DNA of 64,000 bases from Gammaproteobacteria bacterium. Lineage in GTDB: Bacteria > Pseudomonadota > Gammaproteobacteria > Ga0077536. This document shows positions 43,116 through 51,831 of this stretch, piece after piece. The first letter of the stretch is position 1, and every line of letters begins with the position of its first letter. The stretch spans positions 576,001 through 640,000 of the forward strand of contig CAXXLL010000003.1 of assembly GCA_963662545.2 (NCBI GenBank), in the 5' to 3' direction. The notes under the pieces were generated by a model, which was not told the origin of the DNA, made no database searches, and saw only the letters and a list, made by a program, of their open reading frames with translations. A program made the translations under genes and the position numbers.

Positions 43116-44324
43116 ATGGCAGGACTGCTCGAAGGCCTACGTGTAATCGAGGTTGCGACGTTCGTATTCGCGCCCGCGGCCGGCACCGTGCTGTCGGACT
43201 TTGGGGCAGAGGTCATCCACGTCGAACCACCCGGCATCGGTGATCCTTATCGCATGCTAACGAGAATGCGGCCACTGCCCGAATGCGAAGAAAATTATTG
43301 CTGGTTGCTCGACTCGCGTAATAAGAAAAGTGTCGTACTCGATTTAAAGCGCGAGGAGGGTCATGCCGTGCTCCTGGACCTGATTCGAGGGGCCGATATT
43401 TTCATAACGAATTATCATCCGTCGGTGCTCGAGGAACTGCAATTGAGCTACGCGACGCTCGCGGCGGAAAACGACCGTTTGATCTATGCTCACGGCACCG
43501 GCTACGGCGAGATCGGCAGCGAGGTTGAAAAACCAGGTTACGACGCCACCGCGTGGTGGGCACGGTCCGGCTTGATGGATGCGGTGCGTCCAGGCGGGGG
43601 TGAACTCGCGCTGGCGACCGCGGGTATGGGTGATCACCCCAGTTCAATCTCCATCGTCGCAGGCATCTCGCTTGCCCTTTACGCGCGCGAGCGCACCGGG
43701 CGGGGAACGAAGGTGTCGAGCTCGCTCACCGCTAACGGCGCTTGGGCGAACAGCATCTTAATCCAGGCCGCGCTATGCGGTGGCAAGAGCTATGTGCCGC
43801 CGACGCAGGTCGGCACCTCCAACGCGCTGCTAAACCACTACTGTGCCGCCGACGGGCGTTCATTCTTTCTCGTCATCATCAAGGAAGCCGACGAGTTCGA
43901 ACAGTTCTGTAACGCGATCGAGCGGCCCGATCTCATCACCGACCCCCGTTTCGAAAAGCTTGAAGACCGCCGTGCCAATGCATCCGACCTCGTGCGAATC
44001 CTCTCAGATTGGTTTGCCGCGAGGCCTCTCGCACAGTGGCAGCGGATATTCGAGGAAAACGCGATTACGTTCGGCTCGATCGCAACCTGTGACGAGGCGG
44101 CGGCTGATCGCCAAATGGAATGCAACGGCGTCTTCGTCGATATGGAGGGCCGTCCCGGCACGCGCGTGATCGACAGCCCCATCGCGCTCAGCGACTTTCC
44201 CAAGTGCACGCCGCGACCGCCGCCAGAACTCGGAGAGCACAGCGTCGCCGTGCTTCGCAACCTCGGTTACGACCAAAGCCGCATCGCCGCACTGCTGGAA
44301 TCGGGCGTGATCGGAGAAGGCTGA
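43116..44324 (+). CDS. CaiB/BaiF family III CoA transferase
   Basis: GAEVIHVEPP, RNKKSVVLDLK, GYD and GMGD motifs. Confidence 0.92.
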   Translation: MAGLLEGLRVIEVATFVFAPAAGTVLSDFGAEVIHVEPPGIGDPYRMLTRMRPLPECEENYCWLLDSRNKKSVVLDLKREEGHAVLLDLIRGADIFITNYHPSVLEELQLSYATLAAENDRLIYAHGTGYGEIGSEVEKPGYDATAWWARSGLMDAVRPGGGELALATAGMGDHPSSISIVAGISLALYARERTGRGTKVSSSLTANGAWANSILIQAALCGGKSYVPPTQVGTSNALLNHYCAADGRSFFLVIIKEADEFEQFCNAIERPDLITDPRFEKLEDRRANASDLVRILSDWFAARPLAQWQRIFEENAITFGSIATCDEAAADRQMECNGVFVDMEGRPGTRVIDSPIALSDFPKCTPRPPPELGEHSVAVLRNLGYDQSRIAALLESGVIGEG

Positions 44325-45496
44325 TGATAAGAACGATTCGCGACCAGGCCTGCATCGTGGGCGTGGGTCATACCGAATACTCGAGCGATTCGGGGCGTAG
44401 CGAGATGAAGCTCGCGTGCGAGGCGATCCGGGCGGCGATGGACGACGCGGGGCTCGGTCCCGAAGACATCGACGGCATTGCCAAATACACCATGGACAAC
44501 AATGATCCCGTCCTGATCGCGAAGAACCTGCGCTTGCCGCGCCTTAACTTCGCTGCCGAGGTGTCCTATGGCGGTGGCGGCGGACCGGTCGGCACTGTAC
44601 TGCTGGCGGCGATGGCCGTGGCAACGGGCCAGGCTCAGGCAGTGGCAGCGTTTCGCGCGATGAACGAACGTTCGGGACGCGGCACGCCGCGGTACGGCCA
44701 GGGATCAACCGAACCTGGCGCGGGCGGGGTCCAGAGTTACCACGCCCCTTATGGCCTGTTCAGCCCGGCGCAGATGGTAGCCCTCGCGGCGCACCGACAC
44801 ATGCATCTCTACGGCACCGAATCGATTCACTTCGGCGAGATCGCCGTCGCCTGCCGTCATCACGCCAATCACAATCCGGACGCGACCATGTACGGCTGCC
44901 CCATGAGCTTGGACGATCATCAGAGTTCACGCATGATTTCGACGCCCTTGCACTTGTTCGACTGCTGTCTCGAATCCGACGGTGGTGCGGCCGTCATCGT
45001 GACGACGCCGGAGCGAGCGCGCGACCTGCGCCAACGGCCCGTCACTATCGCGGCCGGCGGCATGGGGATCGGTGCCTGGAACGATCGTTCGGTCCTCAAA
45101 AACGTCGATGCTCCTGAAACCGAATCTACCGTGATCGCGCGACACGTTTTCGAAGACGCCGGTATCGGGCATGACGATATCGACGTGCTCTTTCTTTACG
45201 ATCATTTCACGCCACTCGTTCTGATGGCGCTCGAGGAATACGGATTCTGCCGCCGCGGTGAAGGCAAGGATTTCGTCACCGGCGGCCGCCTGCAATGGCC
45301 AGACGGCGAATTGCCGCTTAATACGAGCGGCGGCAACCTTTCGGAGGGCTATCTGCACGGCATGCAGAACAACATCGAGGCGGTCCGACAGTTGCGCGGC
45401 CAATCGCGCTGTCAGGTTGAAGGCGCCGAGTATGCGTTCGTCGCTTCCGGCAACGCGGTGCCGACGACAGCAATGATCTTGAGGCGTGACGGATGA
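44324..45496 (+). CDS. SCP2/Ltp2-like thiolase-fold protein lacking the catalytic Cys (putative aldolase)
   Basis: SYGGGGG, DCCLESDG, LYDHFTP and NTSGGNLSEGYLHG motifs. Confidence 0.85.
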   Translation: MIRTIRDQACIVGVGHTEYSSDSGRSEMKLACEAIRAAMDDAGLGPEDIDGIAKYTMDNNDPVLIAKNLRLPRLNFAAEVSYGGGGGPVGTVLLAAMAVATGQAQAVAAFRAMNERSGRGTPRYGQGSTEPGAGGVQSYHAPYGLFSPAQMVALAAHRHMHLYGTESIHFGEIAVACRHHANHNPDATMYGCPMSLDDHQSSRMISTPLHLFDCCLESDGGAAVIVTTPERARDLRQRPVTIAAGGMGIGAWNDRSVLKNVDAPETESTVIARHVFEDAGIGHDDIDVLFLYDHFTPLVLMALEEYGFCRRGEGKDFVTGGRLQWPDGELPLNTSGGNLSEGYLHGMQNNIEAVRQLRGQSRCQVEGAEYAFVASGNAVPTTAMILRRDG

Positions 45497-45912
45497 ACAA
45501 GCCTACCGAATTTCCATATCCAATTCCCGAATTCGCCGCTGAGTATTACTGGGAAGCCTGCAACCGAGGTGAATTCCCGATGCAACGCTGCACTGCTTGC
45601 GCGCGGTATCGCTGGATGCCGGGCGCACTCTGCCCGTACTGTGACAGCGCGGATCTGGAATGGACGCCGCTTTCGGGTCGCGGAACGGTCAGCACCTGGA
45701 CGGTTGTAACGCATGCCGTACACCCCGCTGCGGTCGCTCGGGTGCCGTATATAATCGCTGAAGTAGAACTCGAGGAGCAGCCCGGCCTGCGCGTGATCAG
45801 CAATCTGGTCAAAATCGATCCCGAAGAAATCACGATAGGCCTGCCAGTCGAAGTGGAATTTCGGGAACACTCGTCGGGGCAGAAACTGCCCGTCTTCAAA
45901 CCGCGGCGATGA
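45493..45912 (+). CDS. DUF35 Zn-ribbon/OB-fold protein
   Basis: CTAC..CPYC, SGRGTVSTWT, PY..AEVELEE; ATGA overlap with the upstream gene. Confidence 0.92.
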   Translation: MNKPTEFPYPIPEFAAEYYWEACNRGEFPMQRCTACARYRWMPGALCPYCDSADLEWTPLSGRGTVSTWTVVTHAVHPAAVARVPYIIAEVELEEQPGLRVISNLVKIDPEEITIGLPVEVEFREHSSGQKLPVFKPRR

Positions 45913-46137
45913 CACATGAAAACGTGTCGGAATCGGCAAAAAGCGGGCGCTTTAGTAGGTAGACTTGAAGTTCTGGTCCAGCTCGGCAGCTTCCTGTCGC
46001 GCTGATAGATTCAGCAGTGGCGCGTGGGTAATACGGAAACAGTTGAAGGTTTTCGGGAATCCCACCGACAACCCGCGCAGTTAACTGTAACTTCAGAGTG
46101 TGGTCCAATTTTATGTTCTTAACGAGAGGTTTCACCA

Positions 46138-46923
46138 GTGCCCGGCACAGCTTCAAATCAAAAATCTAAAGCATCCGAGGCCGTCTATGTATTCGGCTCC
46201 GATCTCGGCGGCACGAATGACAAGGAGACGGCCGCGTTCGCCGTGCTCGTCCATGGCGCCGACGCCAGCAACGCCAGCGGTCCAAGCGGCAACGCCTACG
46301 CCATTCCGTACCGCGACAGCAGCCGCAACCTGCTGCCGCTAGAAGTGATCACGAATTACGTCGATACGCTCCTGAACTACGTCGAAGAAAATCAGCAGAT
46401 AACGTTTCAGGTCGCCCGCTTCGGTTGTGAATCCGAAGCGCATGACGATGAAGCCATGGCGCGCCTATTTTCGAAGGCACCGAAAAACTGTCAACTCCCA
46501 GGGCGGTGGACCCGCATACTTGACCCGAAGCAAGCCGGCCGACTGCTGGTATTCGATCCGGGCGCCCACCTCATCGAAGAAAAGTGGCAGGCCCGGCTGC
46601 GCCAGTATCTGTCACTCAACGCCCCGCTCTGGAACGTACCGTCAGTCGAAATAGTGAGCGTTGGTCAGGCCCGCGCGATCGTGGCCAACGAAGCCGGCGC
46701 CAAAAGCCTGGGGCTCAAGCACCGGGTATTCGGGCCCAACGAAGCCTACTACGGTAAGAACGCCCAAATGGCCGCGGAGAACAAGGCGATCTGGTACTCG
46801 ACCCACCTGCTCAGCATGTTCGATTTCGAGATCACGGCACAGCCGCAACAAATCCGCCTGATGAGTATCGCGACACGCAGCGGGCTGACGGTCGAACAGC
46901 TCGACACGCAACTGATCGATTGA
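46138..46923 (+). CDS. Hypothetical fusion: A1S_2505-like (macro-like) N-domain + YspA/DUF2493 SLOG-like C-domain
   Basis: VYVFGSDLGG...SGNAYAIP...TFQVARFGC; EIVSVGQARA...RVFGPNEAYYGKNA. Confidence 0.6.
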   Translation: MPGTASNQKSKASEAVYVFGSDLGGTNDKETAAFAVLVHGADASNASGPSGNAYAIPYRDSSRNLLPLEVITNYVDTLLNYVEENQQITFQVARFGCESEAHDDEAMARLFSKAPKNCQLPGRWTRILDPKQAGRLLVFDPGAHLIEEKWQARLRQYLSLNAPLWNVPSVEIVSVGQARAIVANEAGAKSLGLKHRVFGPNEAYYGKNAQMAAENKAIWYSTHLLSMFDFEITAQPQQIRLMSIATRSGLTVEQLDTQLID

Positions 46924-47023
46924 AACCGGCATCGCTCGCGGTGGCTCAATGGTCTTTTATGCTTCCATGCTGGAGTAGATCGGCGGCGAAGGGCAGGTGC
47001 TCGGGATCGACGATGACCCGCGG
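46919..47023 (+). pseudogene. Remnant of a CmcI/cephalosporin-hydroxylase-family methyltransferase
   Basis: IETGIARGGSMVFYASMLE*IGGEGQVLGIDDDPR with TAG at 46976. Confidence 0.65.
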
Positions 47024-47089
47024 ATACGGAGTCGGCCACTAAAAAATACGTGGAGAAAGCGAAAAAGTAGTTTCCGCTACCGGAAATTC

Positions 47090-48307
47090 CTAATCGTCGT
47101 GCTGGCCGGAATCTCCAAGTACGCCCTCGGCCATGAATGAATCGATCTCCTCGACAGACAGGCCGAGTTCTGAGCGCATGACTTCGGCGGTATGCTCCCC
47201 GAGTTCGGGCGCGAGTTCGATGGGCACCTCGCTCGCGGACATCCGCGCGGGCCAACCGAGGAGTAACACATCGCGTTGATCACCCTCGCCTGAAAATCGA
47301 TGGATGAAGCCGCGCTCGTTCAGATGCGGATCGGCGAAGAGGTCCTTGGTATCGAACACGGCGCTCGCCGGCACACCTTGGTCGCAAAGCTCTTTCATCG
47401 CCTGGTGCTTGGTGCGCGCACCCGTCCAGGCGCCGATGATCTCGAGAAGTTCCGCTTTGTGCTCACGGCGCGCCGTGAGATCGACGAAGCGGGGATCAGT
47501 CTCGAGTTCGGGCTGGCCGATGGCCTTGCACAATGTGGCCCACTGCGGTTCCGTAACTGACATAAGGTAGATGTAATCGTTCGCGCCGAACGGCTTGCAG
47601 GCGAAGATAGTAATGGTCGGATCGAGCTCGTTACCAAGGCGCGGCGCGACCGCCGTCCCGCCCTTCGAGCCGAGCGCGATCATCGTCCGCATAAAATACG
47701 TGACCGATTCCTGCATGGAGAGCTCGATGTGCTGGCCTTGACCGTCGCGAAGCTTCTGGGCATAAGCGGCGGTGATGGCGAGCGCCATCTGCACGCCCGC
47801 GCCGGCGTCGCCGATTGTAGGCCCGGGCCGCATCGGCGGCCCGTCGGGCGCGCCGGTAATCGACAAGGAGCCGGCCGCGGCCTGCGCGACCATGTCGAAG
47901 CATTTGTAAGTTGAATAAGGCCCGGAAAGGCCGAAGCCCTTGATCTGCGCGTAAATGATCTCCGGATGAATGGCTTTTACCACGTCGTAGCCGATGTCGA
48001 GTTTTTCGACGACGCCCGGGCCGAAGTTCTCGATGAAAACGTCGAAACGCGGCACCATCTTGAGCAGCAGATCGCGTCCCCGTGGATCGCGCAGATTGAG
48101 TTCCACGCTGCGCTTGTTGCTGTTCCAGTTGACGAAGTATTCCGAATCGTCCCAGAAATCGCGGCTCAGGGTTCGGCCCGGGTCGCCCGTACCGGGCGGT
48201 TCGATCTTGACGACGTCGGCGCCCATCCAAGCCAGCGCCTGGGTGCAGGACGTGCCCGCCTCCCATTGGGTTAAATCGAGGATTTTCAGGCCGGTGAGTG
48301 CGGGCAT
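47090..48307 (-). CDS. Family III CoA transferase (formyl-CoA transferase-like)
   Basis: DLTQWEAG, GADVVKIEPP, NKRS, ENFGPG and IGDAGAG motifs. Confidence 0.9.
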   Translation of the reverse strand: MPALTGLKILDLTQWEAGTSCTQALAWMGADVVKIEPPGTGDPGRTLSRDFWDDSEYFVNWNSNKRSVELNLRDPRGRDLLLKMVPRFDVFIENFGPGVVEKLDIGYDVVKAIHPEIIYAQIKGFGLSGPYSTYKCFDMVAQAAAGSLSITGAPDGPPMRPGPTIGDAGAGVQMALAITAAYAQKLRDGQGQHIELSMQESVTYFMRTMIALGSKGGTAVAPRLGNELDPTITIFACKPFGANDYIYLMSVTEPQWATLCKAIGQPELETDPRFVDLTARREHKAELLEIIGAWTGARTKHQAMKELCDQGVPASAVFDTKDLFADPHLNERGFIHRFSGEGDQRDVLLLGWPARMSASEVPIELAPELGEHTAEVMRSELGLSVEEIDSFMAEGVLGDSGQHDD

Positions 48308-48439
48308 GGGGCGGGGCTCTTTCGGCAGTGCAACAAGAGGCTCGTCATTGTGGCATCACTATCGCGATTGCGCCATATAACGTCCGTATTCCGCTACGGT
48401 TCTTGTGCACCCCGGATACCTGACCAGGCGGGGTGGTAT

Positions 48440-49657
48440 TCAAGTCTGAGAAATCGCATCGTGGCGCCGGATCTCGCGCACGACCTCACCCAGGAGGGCG
48501 ACGGCCTCCCGCAACTGATCGTCCGAAAGATAGGGCGCGGGACCGAGTCGAAGAATGTTCGCCCGGAAGTCAGTATAGACGCCGCGGCCCCGCAAATCGC
48601 TGCACAGGCGTGCGGCTTGAGATGACTCGAGCGCAAGAAACCCACCGATCGCGCTGAGCGGTACCGATCGGTTGCGATCGATGAAACCGGGATCCAACCC
48701 CAGATCGTCGAAGGCTTCTGCCATTATGCCAATTTGATGCTGGCTCACTTCGCGCAGGATTTCCGCAGTCAAGCCCTGACGTTCAAAAAAGTCGAACACC
48801 GCGGCGCCGCGGTAATGACTCGCAGGATCATAAGTCGCACCGGCGAACCGCCCGCCGCCCGTTCCATAGGCGACTTTTCGGGCCGTGCGGTCGGTCAGCG
48901 CTTCAAACTCGTTAAACCAACCCGTGATAACGGGACGGAGTTCGCAGTTGCGCGGGAAACGCATAAAGCAATTGCCCTCCCCGAGTTGGGCGTACTTGTA
49001 ACCGCCGCCAACGATGAATGCACCGTCAAGCCGTTCAGTCTTCAGCGAGAACGGGATCGCATCGAGCGCGTGATACACATCGACCAGGAGTTCGGCGCCG
49101 GCAGCGTTGCATGCCTGCGCCACCGGCCCCAGATCTGGCGCAATAAGGGCATCACTGTAGAAAACTTTCGAAACCAGCGCAGCCGCAGTTCGTTCATCGA
49201 TCTCCACGCTCAGCCGCTCCGCCAGCGAGTCGATCGGAGCATGGCGTACACGCACGATCTCGACGCCTTCTTCTTCGAGCCGGTCTAGCTGCCGCCGGAT
49301 GGAATGAAACTCGCCGTCCGTGGTTACTAACTTCGGCCGCGCGCGAAGCGGCAGCGCCGACAAAAAGCGGATGACCAGTTCGTGCGTATTCGACGCGAGA
49401 CTCATGTGCCCATCGTCGTCATCCAACAGCCGTGACCAGCCATGCCGAACCCGATCGGCCTCTTCGAACGCGCACTCCCACTTGTCATCCACGAACTTTG
49501 CCGCATCGAGCCATGCGCGGCTCTGCGCATCGAACCCGACATCGGGCCATGCCTGATGCGAGTGGCCGGTCAGAAGAAGCCGATTCGCGACCTCAAATCG
49601 CTCGTAATGGGATGCAAGGGCGTTGGGACTGCGATACAGGCTGTCGGGGTTCATCAT
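48440..49657 (-). CDS. kynU: Kynureninase-like PLP enzyme
   Basis: LTGHSHQAW, DVYH, GGGYKY and ITGWF motifs; directly after TDO. Confidence 0.85.
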   Translation of the reverse strand: MMNPDSLYRSPNALASHYERFEVANRLLLTGHSHQAWPDVGFDAQSRAWLDAAKFVDDKWECAFEEADRVRHGWSRLLDDDDGHMSLASNTHELVIRFLSALPLRARPKLVTTDGEFHSIRRQLDRLEEEGVEIVRVRHAPIDSLAERLSVEIDERTAAALVSKVFYSDALIAPDLGPVAQACNAAGAELLVDVYHALDAIPFSLKTERLDGAFIVGGGYKYAQLGEGNCFMRFPRNCELRPVITGWFNEFEALTDRTARKVAYGTGGGRFAGATYDPASHYRGAAVFDFFERQGLTAEILREVSQHQIGIMAEAFDDLGLDPGFIDRNRSVPLSAIGGFLALESSQAARLCSDLRGRGVYTDFRANILRLGPAPYLSDDQLREAVALLGEVVREIRRHDAISQT

Positions 49658-49661
49658 CGCG

Positions 49662-50438
49662 TCACAGCCGCGACCGAATTGCCCAGAGATCGGGAAAGAC
49701 CGGTTGGAACAAGGTGTTCTTCAAATACTCCGCACCGGCCGAACCGCCCGTTCCAAGTTTGGTTCCAATGGTTCGCTCGACCATCTTTACATGGCGGTAG
49801 CGCCATTCCTGCAAGCCTTCGTCGAGGTCAACCAACCGCTCACAAATGTTCGCAATCGTCGGATCATTCCGGTAGATGTCGATGAGTATCTCCTGTATTT
49901 CCTCGGACGGTTCCAATGGCTTGGTAAGGTCGCGTTCCAGCGCACGCGCCGGCACTTTGTAACCGTTGGCGCTGAGGTAGTGAACGAATGAATCCCACAG
50001 GCTACGGGCGTTGTAGCGGCTCTCCAGCCTGCCGCGCACTTGCACATCGCCGCCGTGATGCTCCAGCGCACCGTGGCGCTTCAAACCGAGCAGAAACTCG
50101 AACTCTCTAAATTGAACCGATTGAAAGCCGCTTCCCGCCTCGAGCCGTTCCCTAAAAGAGAGAAAATCGAGTGGCGTCATGGTTTCCAGAATGTCAATTT
50201 GCGCGACCATGATCTTGAGTACCGTAAGAATACGTTTGAACGTGTGCAATGCGGCTACAGAGTCGTTGCGTTCGAGCAGGTTTTGCAGATGGTCCGCCTC
50301 GTGAAGTATTTCCTTGAACCAAAGTTCATAGACCTGATGAATGATGATGAACAGCACCTCATCATGCTCGTGCGACAAAGGTCGCTGCAGATCGAGTAGT
50401 TCATCCAGTTTGAGATAATTCGAATAGCTTACCGGCAT
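49662..50438 (-). CDS. kynA: Tryptophan 2,3-dioxygenase
   Basis: HDEVLFIIIHQVYELWFK, SGFQSVQFR and GTGGS motifs. Confidence 0.95.
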   Translation of the reverse strand: MPVSYSNYLKLDELLDLQRPLSHEHDEVLFIIIHQVYELWFKEILHEADHLQNLLERNDSVAALHTFKRILTVLKIMVAQIDILETMTPLDFLSFRERLEAGSGFQSVQFREFEFLLGLKRHGALEHHGGDVQVRGRLESRYNARSLWDSFVHYLSANGYKVPARALERDLTKPLEPSEEIQEILIDIYRNDPTIANICERLVDLDEGLQEWRYRHVKMVERTIGTKLGTGGSAGAEYLKNTLFQPVFPDLWAIRSRL

Positions 50439-50693
50439 TTTTCGCTGCCTGAATAGGTGTTCGGAATTACGAGATAGAATTCGATCCGCCCGCTTTTAGC
50501 AGAACGACATTTCACATCGCAAACAATAAAGCGTCCTTTCATTTGGAGCACTTATCTGCCGAGTTGCGGACTTAGCCGCGACGAATTAACGTTACGAATA
50601 ATGACGCCCTAAGATCGGCATTGGTGACATAGATTACCAAGAAGCTGCCTGAAGATGTGAGCGAGCGAACAAGCTATTGAGGTGCGGAGAGAA

Positions 50694-51278
50694 ATGAATG
50701 AATCCTACGGGACCGACCGTTCCTACAACAAAATATTCAATGTCGGCTTGAACCGCGCGGGCACGGCTTCTCTGAGCGAAGCGCTGCGCATTCTCGGGTT
50801 TCGCGCAGTGCATTTCAAGATTGACGGCCGCAGAGTGTATGACATCTGGCGGCACAACGCCGTTAACGGCCGCCCGCTCCTGTCAGGGCTCGCCGATCGA
50901 TTCGACGCCTTTTCCGATTTCGCGGCCTATGGGATTTTTGAAATTCTCGATCGACAGTATCCGCACAGCAAATTCATCGTAACCCTACGCGAACTTAAAT
51001 CGTGGCTGGCCAGCCGAGATCGGAAAGTGAACAAGAATCGCGCGGATTCAAATTATTCGTACGGATTTTATGAAATCAACCACGACCGGTGGATTTCGGA
51101 ACGGCAGCAGTTCCTTCAACGCATCAACGCTTATTTTCAATCGCGCCCCGGCGATCTCCTCACCATCGACATCCCTGCGGGTGAAGGCTGGGACGAACTC
51201 TGCGAATTTCTCGACCTGCCGGTACCTAACGCGGAGTTTCCGTTTCGCAATCGCCTGGCATCGACGGCGTCCGACTGA
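50694..51278 (+). CDS. Sulfotransferase-family (P-loop) protein
   Basis: VGLNRAGTASL..AL.ILG, KFIVTLR..WLAS, GWDELCEFL..P.P...FP. Confidence 0.8.
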   Translation: MNESYGTDRSYNKIFNVGLNRAGTASLSEALRILGFRAVHFKIDGRRVYDIWRHNAVNGRPLLSGLADRFDAFSDFAAYGIFEILDRQYPHSKFIVTLRELKSWLASRDRKVNKNRADSNYSYGFYEINHDRWISERQQFLQRINAYFQSRPGDLLTIDIPAGEGWDELCEFLDLPVPNAEFPFRNRLASTASD

Positions 51279-51524
51279 GCGAGCGTTCCGAATAAGGGGA
51301 CGCTTAATCATTAGCGCCGCCGTACACCTTTCGCCCGCTTGCGGCGAACCGATAATCTCCTTATCACCTTGAACGACAATTTAAAAGAAGCGCATCAAAA
51401 TCCGGCTGTAGATGCTCTGCAGCCAATGCGAGAGGCTGGGCACAGGGTGAGTCCAAAGATTGAAGGCCCGGATGCCATTCACCGATCGATGACGATACGG
51501 ATCCGGCGAGCTGACAGCAGGCTA

Positions 51525-51746
51525 CTAGTCTTCAGCTTCGCGCCGCTTACGATCTTCTTCCTGGATCTTTTCTACCCACGCTTCCGTTTCTTTTTCCACC
51601 CGTTTCCGAGTCTCGCTCCGTTTATCCTTCTTCTTATCGGGCTCTTCCTGCTCGGCCGCAGCGGCATCAGTAATGCCCACACGCCCTACATGATCGACGT
51701 CGAACGAAAGCGGAAGAATCAGTAATAGAAACAATATGATTCGCAT
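51525..51746 (-). CDS. Small exported, highly charged hypothetical protein
   Basis: Hydrophobic N-terminus followed by a K/E/R-rich helix; same strand and just downstream of the MMPL gene. Confidence 0.5.
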   Translation of the reverse strand: MRIILFLLLILPLSFDVDHVGRVGITDAAAAEQEEPDKKKDKRSETRKRVEKETEAWVEKIQEEDRKRREAED

Positions 51747-51831
51747 GGCTAAATCATAGCAGGTCATCATTTTTTGTGCGGTGGCCTTGGTCCAGATCCG
51801 GCCATCTCATTGGGATTACACGATTTTCCGT

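Noticed and set aside
51339-51725. 128-aa plus-strand ORF
   Set aside because: Its Phe/Leu-rich part is the antisense of the K/E-rich small gene
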